DNA from: the human T2T-CHM13v2.0 reference genome, Homo sapiens
Assembly: GCF_009914755.1 (NCBI RefSeq)
Contig: NC_060935.1
DNA length: 64,000 nucleotides
Strand: one strand, 5' to 3'
Positions 28,106 to 41,967 of this stretch are shown here, one piece after another. Both the position numbers and the translations under genes were made by a program. Under the pieces are notes generated by a model. That model made no database searches. It was not told the DNA's origin and was given only the letters and a program-made list of their open reading frames with translations. How positions within the stretch are numbered: the first letter of the stretch is position 1; the number at the start of each line of letters is the position of its first letter.

Positions 28106-28434
28106 AATCATATTCAAAAGTTGCTCAATACAAGAATACAAAGACCTGTTCCTTTTGCCTCAGTTCAAGACAACTGTAAAGAGCCTCAAGAGGTGAGATC
28201 AAGAAATCTATAATTGTAATGAATACCCTTAGGAGATTCTGGTGCAGTTGGACCAAGGACCATACTTTGAGAAACAGTGCATTCAACAAGCCTGAATCTA
28301 TGGATGAGCTATAACTTGGTATCATGAAAGAAAAGTATCTGGCATCTTGTTGCCAGAATCCATAGGACTTCCTCCACACCCTCACACTCAACTTCCAGGA
28401 TAAAATTTAAAGGTCAATTAGAAGTCCTAACTAT

Positions 28435-28797
<363 letters not shown>

Positions 28798-29381
28798 TCA
28801 AACTAATCTCATACCTTCTATGCTTTCTGTTACCCTATTTCTGCTGCCCCAATAATAGAGCCACCTTCTCTAATGAAGGAATTCCACAGTGTGAAAGTTA
28901 TCACATTATTTATTATTGATATTCCCTATATTTACACTCAAGCTAGTGTGATTAGAGCTTCAGGTAAATCAACTAAGCCCAAGGCATATAAACAGAATGA
29001 TGATTATACATTCTAACCTTTTATCTTTCCAATTCACTTTTCCAAAAACAGTTAAGTTTCTCCAACTCCTGCCTGAGCAGGAATTACTGCAGTAATTACT
29101 GCCATTTACCTTTCCCACTATTACAACAAAGGTATTTAAATATCTGGGTCTACTAATCTGAATTTGGACCTATTAATATTAGTATCTTTCCTTAGGATTT
29201 GTTCCCAGAAAGATCTATTCTTTCCACCCATCCTTCCTAGGACTCTTCTGATTCTACCTTTTTTCTCAATATTGATATGATATCTACTTCTCATAAAAGC
29301 TGAGTAGATCAAGTTTTTTTTAAAGTCATAAGAAAATCAGTGAAGAAAAATTGGGTCCATCTTTAACTTCTGGACCCAAAA

Positions 29382-30136
29382 TGTCTTAATCTGCTAGTGC
29401 TGCCATAACCAAATACTTTAGACTGGGTAATTTATTTTTCACATGAGTTTCAAGTCAGGGTATTAAAATTTTTTTTTTCCTCACAGATTTTGGAGGCTAG
29501 AAAGTTCAAGATCAAGGTGCTGACATTCAGTAGCTGGTGAGGGCTTTCTTATTCTATCCACACATGGTAGAAAGGGGGAATCTAGGCCATATCCTCTGGT
29601 GGCAAAAGGCAGAAGGACATAAAAAGAGAGCTAAAAAGTTTCCTCCATCCCTTTTATAAGGTTGCTGTATTAATCTGTTCTCATACTGCTATGAAGAAAT
29701 ACCTGAGAATGGGTAATTTATAAAGAAAAAGAGGTTTAATGGACTTACAGTTTCACATGGCTGGGGAGGCCTCACAATCATGGCAGAAGGCGAAGGAGGA
29801 GCAAAGGCATGTCTTACATGATGGCAGGCAAGAGAGTTCAGGGGAACTGCTATTTACAAAACCATCATGAGAATGGCATGGGAGAAACCCACCCCCATGA
29901 TTCAATTACCTCCCATTGGGTCACTCCCACAACATGTAGAGATTATGGGAACTTCAATTCAAGATGAGACTTGGGTGGGGACACAGCCAAACCATATCAG
30001 TTGCTACTCTTACTCATGAGGGTTCTCCCCTCAAAATTTAGTTCCTTCCTAAAGGCTCCACCTCTTTATACTACTACATTGGGGATTAAATTCGAATGTA
30101 AATTTTGGAGGAGAGTCAGGCATTCAAACCACAGAA
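29382..30136 (-). mobile_element. MaLR solo LTR (MSTC/MSTD-like), split by THE1
   Basis: TGTCTTAATC...GCTGCCATAAC...AAGATCAAGGTGC and ...CATTGGGGATTAAATT...CATTCAAACC halves. Confidence 0.8.
29666..29999 (-). mobile_element. THE1 (THE1C-like) solo LTR
   Basis: TGTATTAATCTGTTCTCA...GGGGACACAGCCAAACCATATCA; perfect TSD GTTGC at 29661-29665 and 30000-30004. Confidence 0.95.
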
Positions 30137-32088
30137 CAGAGCTTCTTCAAGGACATATCTTCCTTCTCCATCATGACACACTTGACTAAAACAGAAAGTG
30201 AGTAAGTATTTAAGAAATAATTTATTAATTATTCCTTAAGTACTTTTTCCTGCTATTATTATTACACTGACAATATTGTCATTAGGAGAACTTTCTGTCA
30301 AAACTGCTTTAGGGAATAAATATTAATCACTTTTAAAGTAATTGGATGAGAGCTCTGAAACCATTTTAAAGATCATATCAAGAAGTTCTGGCTGGAGTGA
30401 TGTCAGAAAGATGGTAGAGAGATATTTTAGCCCTCATACCAACCCTCCCCAAAAGCATCCATGAACACGAGTATCTTTGCAGGAGCCCAGGAGTCCAGCA
30501 GTCAGGTGCCAGCACTCCCTTGGAGAAAAAACAAACAAACTGAGAATCAATGGATTTAAGAGAGTAAGAAAAACAGTTTCACTTGCCCCACATCACTCCT
30601 ACCCCCAAGGCAGTACATCTTAGAAAGCTGGTTCAACTCTGTTAGACTGAAAAAAGGTTCTTAACTTTTAACATGTTAGGGTACCCTTTGGCAAATAAAT
30701 GGGAGGCTCTCAACATTCAGCCTGGCTGTACAGGATTGAGAGAAGTAATACAATCCTAAGATTTTTCTCTCCCAAGAAGGAACAAAAGGAATGGAATGGG
30801 AACATCCATAAAAAGGTCTATGGAATACCCAGGGTAACTAGCCAGGTTGAATGGTGAATGTATTTTTCTCCTTCAGCCATGCAGTACAGACTGGAGGAGG
30901 TGATCTTTTTCAAATGCAAAGCAGCAATCCCAAACCTCAAGAAACATGAAAAATCAAGAAAACATGATACCACTAGAGGAACAAAATAGTTTTCCAGTAA
31001 TTGGACTCAAATGAATAAAGATCCATGAATTGCCTTGCAAAGAATTCCAAATAATCAATCTAAGGAAGTAAATTCAGTGAGATACAAGAGAACACAGATA
31101 GACAATAAAACAAAATCCGAAAAATCAGAAATGAACAAAATGAGAAGTTCAACAGCGAAACAGAAATTATAAAACACAGAAATTCTGGAGCTCAAAAATA
31201 CAATGAATGAAATTTTAAAATTTAAACTGCTGTTAATTTGAGAGAGATCATTTGAAATTAGCCAGTCAGATAAGAAAAAAAGGAATGACAAAGAATAAAG
31301 AAACCTACAAGAATTATGACACATCATAAAATGAACCAAATTATGTGTTATGGAAGTCCAGAAGGAGAAGAGAGAGACAACAAAGGCTCAAAATGATTAT
31401 TAAAATAAATAATGGCAGAAAACATCCCAAATCTTGGGAAGGACATGAACATCCTAATTCATGAAGTTCAAAAGTCTCCAAATAGGAACAATCCAAAGAA
31501 GATCATATTGAGAAATATTATAATCAAATTATCAAAAGTCAAAGAAAATAAGAGAAATTTGAAATCAGCAAGAGAAAATTGACTAATCACATACAAGGTA
31601 GTTTCTATGAGAGTATCCGCTGATTTCTCAGCAGAAACCTTACTGGCCAGGAGAGAGAGGGATGATATATTTAAACTGCCAAAAGAAAAACTAAAAAACC
31701 TGCCAACCAAGAATACTATATCTGGCAAAGCTATACCTCAAAAATGAAGAAGAAATAAAAATTTTCTCAGGCAAGCTATAGGTGAGGAAGCTCATCATCA
31801 CTAGACCTGCCTTGCAAGACATGCTAAAGGACATTGTTCAAGTTGAAATGAAAGGATGCTGATTAAAACTTGCTGATAAAAGTAAGTATATAGTCAAATT
31901 CAGAATACTCTATGGTGATGCACTTTCACCTCTAGTAGAAAAGTTCAAAGACAAAAGTATTAAAATAACCATAGCTGCAATCATATATTAGTGGATACAC
32001 AATATAAAAACATTAAAATTGTAACATCAATAACAAAATATGGGGACAAGAAAAAACAAATAAAAGGCATCCAATTAAAAAGGAAGAA

Positions 32089-34616
32089 TCATCATGGCTG
32101 ACAGGAGGCAGGACTAGATTGCAGCTTCGACTCAGAAGAACAGAGCAGCGTGCGGAGGCTCACATTGTGAATGGTAGCTCCAAATCAACTGCAAGAACAA
32201 ACCGACAATCTCGAGAAGATCCACAGTCCCTCTGAAGCAAGCAGACTGCTCCTCTAGGACCTGGGAGACACTCTAAATACTGTAAGTGACCCACCTGCAG
32301 AAGTGGGAAAGGGAGAGCCTTCCCTCCTGAAAACACACTCCCACTGGGGAAACTGAAAGCCTGTTTGTGGGAGAAATTTCCAACCTTACCTGGAGCTGAG
32401 TCCATTTAGAAAGCCAAGAGAAATACAGGGGTAGAGGAAGCATCACAAAGGCCCTGGCAGCTCACTGGGTCCCCAGGCAGGCCATTCCTGCCTGGCACCA
32501 CAAGGATCCATCAGGAGGGCAGCCAGAGGAGTAGGGGGAAAACACCACAGGGAGAAGGTAATTTCCAGCTGAACTTTGTAACAATTTGAATGGGGCAAGA
32601 AGCCTCCTGGCCAGAACTCAGAGGTGGGTGCCAATCCAGTGTGCAGACTCCACAGGCAGGGGAGGCACCAAGCCCTTTTCTTTCACAACTGGGAGGCAGG
32701 TAGCCTTGCGCAAGTTCTCCAGCCAGGATTGCACACCACCTGGAAAAAGACTCGAGGCTGATAGTAGGGCATGGTCAGAATGGGACCAGCCCTTCGGTTT
32801 GTGTGGGAAATGTGTGAGGCCTTTGACAGCCGGCTTTCCCCCACTTCCCTGACAACCTGCATGACTCCAAAGAGGCAGCAATAATCCTCCTAGGTACACA
32901 ACTCCATTGAACTGGAAACCCCACCCCTATCCTCCACAGCAGCTGTACCAAGATCTGCCCAAGGAAAATCAGAGCTAAGACACTCCCAGTCCTGCTCCCA
33001 CCTGGTGGTCCTTCCCTACCCCCTTGGTAGCTGAAGACAAAGGGCATATAATCTTGGGAGTTCTAAGACCCTACCCACCGCTGGTTCCTCTCCATACTAC
33101 CACAGTTGATGCTGTCTGAAAAGCGCCACCTCCTGGTAAGAGGCCAACCAGCACAAAAATAGAACATTAAACCACAAAAGCTATGACCCCTCACAGAGTC
33201 CATTGTACATCCCTGCTACCTCCACCAAAAGAGGTGCTGGTATTCATGGCTGAGAGACCCATAGATGGTTCATATCACAAGACTCTGTGCAGACAACTCC
33301 CAGTACCAGCCTAGAGCCAGGTACACTTGCTGGGTGGCTAGACCCAGAAGAGAGACAGCAATCACTGCAGCTTGTGCAGTGTAGCTTGTGCAGGAAGCCA
33401 CATCCATAGGAAAAGAGGGAGAATAATACATCAAAGGAACACCCCATGGGACAAAAGAATCTGAACAACAGCCCTCAACCCTGGAGCTTTCCTTTGACAG
33501 AGCCTAACCAAATGAGAAGGAACCAGAAAACCAACTCTGGTTGATATGATATGATAAAATAAGGCTCTTCAACATCCACAGAAAATCACACTAGTTCACC
33601 AGCAATGGATCCAAATCAAGAAGAAATCCCTGAAAAAGAATTCAGGAAGTTAGTTATTAAGCTAATCAGGGAGGCACCAGAGAAAGGCAAAGCCCAGTGC
33701 AAGGAAATCCAAAAAACGATACAAGAAGTGAACGGAACTCAAACATATCAGTAAGCAAAAAACAAACAATCCCATCAAAAAGTGGGCTAAAGACATGAAT
33801 AGACAATTCTCAAAAAAATATATACAAATGGCCAAAAAACATATGAAAAAATGCTCAACATCACTAATGATCAGAGAAATGCAAATCAAAACCACAATAT
33901 GATACCACCTTACTCCTGCAAGAATGGCCATAATCAAAAAATCAAAAAATAGTAGACGTTGACATGGGTGTGGTGATCAGGGAACACTTCTACACTGCTG
34001 GTGGGAACGTAAACTAGTACAGCCACTATGGAAAACAGTGTGAAGATTCCTTAAAGAACTAAAAGTAGAACTACCATTTGGTCCAGCAATCCCTCTACTG
34101 GATATCTACCCAGAGGAAGAAAGTCATTATACAAAAAAGATACTTGCATATGCATGTATATAGCGGCAAAATTCATAATTGCAAAATCATGGAATCAATC
34201 CAAATGCCCATCAATCGATGAGTGGACAAAGAAACTGTGAGATATATATATATATATATGATGGGATACTACTCAGCCAAAAAAAGGAATGAATTAACAG
34301 CATTTGCAGTGACCTGCATGAGGTTGGAGACTATTATTCTAAGTGAAGTAACTCAGGAATGGAAAACCAAACATCATATGTTCTCACTGATACGTGGGAG
34401 CTAAGCTGTGAGGATGCAAAGGCATAAGAATGATACAGTGGACTTTGGGGACTTGGGGGGAAGAGTGGGAGGGAAGCAAGGGATAAAAGACTACAAATAT
34501 GGTGCAGTGTTTACTGCTCAGGTGATGGGTGCACCAATATCTCACCAATCACCACTGAAGAACTGACTCATGTAACCAAATACCACCTGTACCCCAATAA
34601 CTTATAAAAAATAAAC
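32089..34616 (+). mobile_element. L1PB1-like element with both ends but most of ORF1/ORF2 deleted
   Basis: L1PB 5'UTR (CATCATGGCTGACAGGAGGCAGGACTAGATTGCAGC); ORF1 start ~33512; jump at ~33735 to the ORF2 3' end; 3'UTR; TSD AAAAAGGAAGAA at 32077-32088 and 34617-34628. Confidence 0.9.
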
Positions 34617-34683
34617 AAAAAGGAAGAAAAAAGTTGTCTGTTTTCTGATGACATTATCTTATGTATAGAAAACCCTGAAGATT

Positions 34684-34976
34684 GACTGGGCATGGTGGTT
34701 CACGCCTGTAATCCCAGAATATTGAGAGGACAAGGCAGGTGGATCACCTGAGGTCAGGAGTTTGAGACAAGCCTGGCCAACATGGTGAAGCCCCGTCTCT
34801 ACTAAAAATACAAAAATTAACCAGGTGTGGTGGCGAATGCCTGTAATCCCAGCTACTCAGGAGGCCGATGCAGGATAACTGCTTGAACCCAGAGGTGGAG
34901 GTTACAGTGGACCAAGATCATGCCATTGCACTCCAGCCTGGGTAACAAAAGCAAAACCCCATCTCAAAAAAAAAAA
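34684..34976 (+). mobile_element. AluSq/Sp-like
   Basis: Full dimer; perfect 17-bp TSD AGAAAACCCTGAAGATT at 34667-34683 and 34977-34993. Confidence 0.97.
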
Positions 34977-35564
34977 AGAAAACCCTGAAGATTTTACCTA
35001 AATAAAAGCTGTCCAAATAAACAACTGTAGTAAAATTGCAGGATACAAAATCAACATACAACAATCAGCTGCATTTCTCTACACAAACGACAATAATTCA
35101 AAAAGAAATTAAGAAAACAATCCAATTTATAATAGTATCAAAGAGAATAAAATATTTGAAGGGACCTCGGTACCACATATATCCTCCACAGTGTCTACCA
35201 TAGTGCCTTGATTCAAATAGAAGACATATTGAGCATAAATGACCAGCTTTGAAGGGTATAGGACAATAATGAGAAAATTTAGCCCTCAAACATTACAATG
35301 TGGAACTACAGGACCTCATAAAGAACAACAAAAGTCTTTAGGTACAAAGCTACAGAAATCAAAACAGTGTGATACTGGCATAAGAAAAGACACATATACC
35401 AGTAAAACAGAATAGATAGGCCATAAATATACACACATATAGGGTCAACTAATCTTCAACAATGCTGCCAAGAATACAAAATAGGGAAAGGATAATCCTC
35501 AATAAATGATTCTGAGAAAACTGAACATTTACACGGTAAAAAGAGTGACATCGGAGTGGAGGGT

Positions 35565-35573
35565 AAGATGGCC
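35565..35573 (+). promoter_or_regulatory. YY1 motif at the L1 5' end
   Basis: AAGATGGCC about 10 bp inside the L1 5' terminus, the canonical position for the L1 YY1 site. Confidence 0.6.
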
Positions 35574-38234
35574 AACTAGATGCAGCCAGGTGGAACACCA
35601 CCCATCGAGGGACCAAGATGACTGGCATGTCCCTGACAGATCTTCAGAGGGAAAGTCCTGAGAGTGGATGGAGGGAAGATACAGAAGCTGGAAAGAAGAT
35701 ACAGAAGCTGAAATGGAAAAAAGCTGGGAACCCAGCACAGGGCTACCACACACCAGGAAGCATTCCTGGCCCACAACAGCTCTCCGGGAATAGGTGAGTT
35801 GAACTGGCAAGGAGCACCCTGTTCTCACCACATGCCTCTGGAACTCTGGCAGGGGGAGACTCCTTGACCACCATGAACATTCGAGTTGGCAGAGAGAGCT
35901 GCTTAGAGAAGTGGTAGGGGCACCAAGCCAGCTGATGTGGAGCCCAGAGGGTTGGGTATGGGAGTGTCTGTAGCAGAGCAAAGCCAGCAATGGCCATACC
36001 CCTAGATGCGACTTGCTTCCATAGGAGACTTTAGCCTAGGAGAACTGTCATACCTGATATCTGCAGGGTGTCTTGCTCATCAGACAGGTTTGGTCAGACC
36101 TGAACACCCCTTGATCTGCTGGCCTCCTCTGACTAGCAGAGAGCTCCAGTGGGGCAGCCCCTGCAGCCACCAGCCCACCTGCTCCCTCCCCATATTGCAG
36201 CTTTTTTTCAGGCCCACGGAAACTCCCCCTTTGCTGGCACTGTCTGCAGGGCAAGTTGTTGTTTTTCTTGCCCTGCCAGCATGTAGGAGTGCAGTGCGCT
36301 CCCCCAACTCCCCACCACTGGCAATTGTCATCGCAGACAAAGTCTTGGTGGGCACAGAGCCAGCCAGCCCTGCCCCTGCCAGTGCCCTGCCCTTGCGCTA
36401 AAACTGTGCAGAGAACAGCAGATCCTCCCCTGCCCTGAGCAAACACTCCAGCTAGCAGGACACAGAGAAGGGACCCAGGCCTGTGCCCACAAGTACCCCA
36501 CCCCCAAGCCAACAACCTCCAGCCTGACTGCACAGAGTTGCCATCAGGGGCCCCCCACCTCACCCAGCTGCAGTGCCTTCACCACTATGGCAGCTGACAC
36601 AACTCGGCTCCCCCAGCACAGTAGGTTCCTGATGTCAAGGAGCCAGAGGACAAAGTTGGGGCCCAATAGAGGTCCCCCAGAGTTAGAGAACATGGTCCAG
36701 GAGTTAAAAGCTGAGTGTTGGCCCCATAAAATCTCCCAGAAACAAAGCTAGTTGGCTGAATCGACCTTATACCTCAACAAAACCCTCAAGGTCATCAAAT
36801 AGGATAAAAGAAAAAAGAAACCCATCCAAAGGTCAGCAACCTCAAAGACTGAAGGGAGATAAGCGCACAAAGATGAGAAAGAATTGGTGCAAGAACCCTG
36901 AAAACACAAAATGCCAGAGTGCCTTCTTTCCTCCAAATGACCACAATGCCTCTCCAGCAAGGGTTCTGAACTGGGCTGAGATAGCTAAAATGACAGAAAT
37001 AGAATTCAGAATATGAATAGAAATAAAGATTATTGAGCTACAGGAATATGTTGAAACCCAATCCAAGGAAGCTAAAAATCATGATAAAACAATGCAAGAG
37101 CTGACAGATGAAATAGCCAGTATAAAGAAGATTGTAACCAAACTAATAGAACTGAAAAACACACTACGAGAACTTCACAATGCAATCACAATTATTAATA
37201 GTAGAATAGACCAAGCAGAAGAAAGAATTTCAGAGCTTGAAGACTCTTTCTGAGATAAGACAGGAAGACAAGAATACAGAAAAATGAATGAAAAGAAATA
37301 ATAAACCCTGAGAAATATGGGATTATGTAAAGAGACCAAATCTATGATTCCTTGATGTCCCTGAAAGAGATGGGGAGAATAAACCCAACTGCGAAAACAT
37401 ATTTCAGAATATGAGAACTTCACCAACCTTAGCTAGGAAGGCCAACATTCAATTTCAGAAATGCAGAGAACTCCAGCAAGATGCTTCACAAGAAGATCAT
37501 CCCCACAACACATAATCATCAGATTTTCCAAGGTTGAAATGAAAGAAAAATGTTAAAGGCAGCTAGAGATAAAGGTCAGGTCACCGGCAAAGGACACCCC
37601 ATCAGCCCAATGGACCTCTCAGTAGAAACCCTACAAGTCAGAAGAGATTGGCAGGCAATACTGAATATTCTTAAAGAAAACAAATTCCAACCCAAAATTT
37701 CATATCTGACCATACTAAGCTTCATAAGCAAAGGAGAAACAAGATCCTTTTCAGACAAGCAAATGCTGAGGGAATTTGTTATCACCAGACCTGCCTTACA
37801 GGAGCTCTTGAAGGGAGCACTAAATATGGAAAATAAAGCCCATTATCAGCTAGTATAGAAACACACTGAAATACACAGACCAGGTCTGTCATTGAACAGA
37901 CCAATAACAAACTCTGAAATTGAGTCAGTAACAGACTAACAACCAAAAAAAGCTCAGGACCAGACAGATTCATAGCTGAATTCTACCAGATATGCAAAGA
38001 AGAGCTGAAACTATTACAAAAAATTAAGACAGAGTAACTCCTCCCCAAGTCATTCTATGAGGCCAGCATCATCCTGATATCAAAACCTGACAGAGACACA
38101 CACACAAAAGAAAACTTCAGGCCAATACCCTTGATGAACATCAATGCAAAAATCCTAAACAAAATACAGCAAGCCAAATCCAGCACCACATCAAAAAGCT
38201 TATCCACCATGATCAAGTAGGCTTTACCCCTGGG

Positions 38235-38939
38235 ATGGAAGGATGGCTCAACATATGCAAATCAATAAATTTGATTTATCACATAAACAGAACTAAAGAC
38301 AAAAAACACATGATCATCTCAATAGATGCAGAAAAAGCTTTCAATAAAATTCAACACCACTTCATGTTAAAACCTCTCAATAAACTAGCTATTGAAGGAA
38401 CATACCTCAAAATAATAAGAGCCATGTATGACAAACCCACAGCCAACATTATAATGAATGGGCAAAGGCTAGAAGCATTCACCTTGAAACCAGGCATAAG
38501 ACAAGGATGCCCTCTCTCACTACTCCTATTCAACATAGTATTAGAAGTCCTAGCCAGGACAATCAGTCAAGAGAAAGAAATAAGGGGCATCCAAATAGGA
38601 AGAGAGGAAGTCAAACTATCCCTGTTTGCAGATGACATGATTCTATATCTAGAAAACCCCATAGTCTCAGCTCCAAAGCTCCTTATGCTGATTTTTAAAA
38701 ATCAGCAAAGTCTCAGGATACAAAATCAAAGTGCAAAAATCACTAACATGCATACACACCAACAATTTGGCCAAGAGCCAAATCAGGAATCCAATCCCAT
38801 TCACTTGCCACAAAAAAGAATACAGTGTCTAGGATTACAGCAAACCAGGGAGGTGAAAGATCTCTACAAGAACTGCAAAACACTGCTCAAAGAAATCAGA
38901 GATGACACAAATGGAAAAACATTCCATTATCATGAATAG
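38235..38939 (+). pseudogene. Longest ORF in the window (234 aa): L1 ORF2 RT remnant
   Basis: [21 protein letters not shown] and [10 protein letters not shown]; leaves the L1 frame after ~38690. Confidence 0.9.
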
Positions 38940-40930
38940 GAAGAATCCATATCATTAAGATGACCATACTGCGCAAAAGAAATTTATAGATTCAGTGGTA
39001 TTCCTATTAAACTACCATTGACATCCTTCATAGAATTAGAGAGAACAAAACTATTTTAAAATTCATGTGGAACCAAAACGGAGCCCCAGTTGCCAAGGTA
39101 ATCCTAAGCAAAAAGAACAAAGCTGGAAGAATCAAGCTACCCCACTTCAAACTATACTACAGGGCTACAGTAACCAAACTAGTATGGTACTAAGTACAAA
39201 AACAGGCACATGGACCAATGGAACAGAATAGAGAACCTAGAAATAAGCCTGCACACCTGCAACTACCTAATCTTCAACAAATCTGACAAAAACAAGAAAT
39301 GAAGCAAGAATTCCCTATTCAATAAATGGTGCTGAGATAACTGACTAGCCATATGCAGAAGATTGAAACTGGACCCCTTCCTTGCACCGTATACAAAAAT
39401 TAACTCAAGATGGATTAAAAACTTAAATGTAAAACTCAAAACTGTAAAAACCATGGAAGACAACCTAGGCAATACCATCCTGGATATAGGAACGGGCAAA
39501 GATTTCATGACAAAGATGCCATAAGCAATTGCAACAAAAGCAAAAATTGACAAATAGGATTTAATTAAACTTAACCTCTGCACAGCAAAGGAAACCATCA
39601 ATAGAGTGAACAGACAACCTACAGAATGGGAGAAAATATTGGCTAACTATGCATTTGACAGAGGTGCAATATCCAACATCTATAAGGAACATAAACAAGT
39701 TTATTTTAAAAAGAAAACATTAAAAAGTGGCCAAAGGACATGAACAGACACTTCTCAACAGAAGTCATACATGCAGCCAACAATCATATGAAAAAAGCTC
39801 AGCATCGCTGATCATTAGAAAAATGAAAATCAAAACCACAATGAGATATCATCTCACATTAGTCAGATTTGCTATTATTAAAATGTCAAAAAATAACAGA
39901 TGCTGGTGAGGTTGTGGAGAAAAAGAAATTCTTATACACTGTTGGTGAGAGTGTAAATTAGTTCAAGCATTGTGGAAGATAGTGTGTCAATTATTCAAGA
40001 CCTAAAGACAGAAATGCCAGTCAACCCAGCAATCTCATTTCTAGGTATATACCTTAAGAAATATAAATCATTCTATTATAAACACACATGCACATGTATG
40101 TTCACTGCAACACTATTCACAATAGCAAATTCACATAATCAATCTAAATGCCCATCAATGATAGACTGGATAAAGAAAATGTGGTACATATACAACAAGA
40201 AATACTATGCAGCCATAAAAAAGAATGAGATCGTGTTCTTTGCAGGAACATGTTTGGAGCTGGAGGCCATCATCTTTAGCAAATTAACACAGGAACAGAA
40301 AACCAAATACTGTATCTTCTCACTGATAAGTGGGAGCTAAATGACGAGAACACATAGACACATAGAGGGGAAGAACACACACTGGGGCCTATTGGAGGGT
40401 GGAGGGTGGGAGAAAGGAAAGCATCAGGAAAAAATGACTATTGGGTACTAGGCCTAATATCTGGGTGAGGAAATAATCCGTACAACAAACCCCCATGACG
40501 TAAGTTTACCTATATAACCAACCTGCACATGTACCCCTGAACTTAAATGTTAAAAAAAATGACATTGGACTCTGTCTCACATCATATACTCAAAATGGAA
40601 GAAAGACTTGGACATAAGACTTGAAACTATATTACTAGAAGAAAACACAGGGGAAAATCCTCTTGCCATTGGTCTTAGCAATTACTACTTGGATATTACA
40701 ACAAAAGCACAGGCAACAAAAGCAAAAATATACAGTAGGATTTCATTAAACTTAAAAGCTTCTGCCCAGCAAGGGAAACAATCAACAAAGTGCAGAGACA
40801 GCCTAAGAACTGAATAAAATATTTGCAAACTATCTAATAAGTGATAGTTAACCAAAATATATAAGAAACTCAAACTATGCAATAGCAAAAAAAAAAAAAA
40901 AAGACAGAAAAGACAGAAATTTAAAAATAA

Positions 40931-41232
40931 GGCCAGGCATGGTGGCTCACACCTGTAATCCCAGCACTTTGGGAGGCCAAGGCAGGAGGATGACTGGAGG
41001 CCAGGAGTTCAAGACCAGCCTAGGCAACATAACAAGACCCCATCTCTACAAAAATAAAAATAAAAATTATCTGGGTATGGTGGCACATGCCTGTAGTCCT
41101 AACTACTTAGGAGGCTGAGGTGGGAAGATCGCTTGAGTCCAGAAGTTCAAGGCTTCAGTGAGCTAGGATCACACCACTGCACTCCAGCCCATGTGACAGA
41201 GCAAGATCTTGTCTCTTAAAAAAAAGAAAGAA
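40931..41232 (+). mobile_element. AluJ (Jo/Jr-like)
   Basis: AluJ diagnostics; perfect TSD AGAAATTTAAAAATAA at 40915-40930 and 41233-41248. Confidence 0.96.
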
Positions 41233-41640
41233 AGAAATTTAAAAATAACCTAATTTAAAACAGGTGAAGAACCCAAATAAACATTTTTTCAAAGAAAACA
41301 TTTGAAAATGACTACAGTTTATATACAGGCTGACCAAAAATGGCCAGCAGGTATATGAAAAGGAGTTCAACATCACTAACCACCAGGAAAATGCAAATCA
41401 AAATCACAATCAGGTATTATCCCACACCTGTTAGAACTGCTATCATAAAAAAGATAAAAGATAACAAGAACTGGCAAGGATGTGGAAAAAAGTGAATCCT
41501 TTTACACTGTTGATGGAAATATAAATTGGAGAATTTCATTGCAGCCCCATGCACTTAAGACAGGGTACAATGTTTCAGGTATGCTTGATAAGTTCTAGAT
41601 ATCTAATCTACAACATGGTGACTACAGTTAATAATGTATA

Positions 41641-41967
41641 CAGTCATGCATCTCTTAATGATGGAAACATGTTCTGAGAAATGCGTCATTAGACAATTTC
41701 ATCATTGTGCAAACATCATAGAGTATACTTACATAAACCTAGATGGCATAATATACACACACCTAGGCTATATAAATATATCCTACCTCTCCTAGGCTAC
41801 AAATCTATTACAGCATATTACTGTACTGAATACTGTAGGCAATTGCAGCACAATGGTATTTGCATATCTAAACACAGAAAAGATACAATAAAAATACAGT
41901 ATTATGGGACCATCGTTGTGTATATAGCCTGCAATTGACCAAAACTTTGTTATATAGCATATCAATG
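41641..41967. mobile_element. TcMar-Tigger non-autonomous element (Tigger3a/MER7A-like)
   Basis: TA|CAGTCATGC...TTCTGAGAAATGCGTCATTAG...|TA; inserted in the L1MA 3'UTR. Confidence 0.85.

Larger units (their letters stand above)
35556..40551 (+). mobile_element. L1PA13-16-type (L1PA15-like) near-full-length element lacking the ORF2 endonuclease region
   Basis: GC-rich 5'UTR; ORF1 remnants (37550-37858 MLKAARDKGQVT...); RT ORF; 3'UTR; TSD 35538-35555 / 40552-40569 (15/18 match). Confidence 0.92.

Noticed and set aside
29351-29379. 9-bp stem TTGGGTCCA/TGGACCCAA (and a similar 9-bp stem near 53358-53387)
   Set aside because: Stems this short are expected by chance in 64 kb
35529-36563. Overlapping 130-170-aa ORFs on both strands as an L1 ORF0-like or novel protein
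   Set aside because: They lie in a GC-rich L1 5'UTR where stop codons are rare; no recognisable homology
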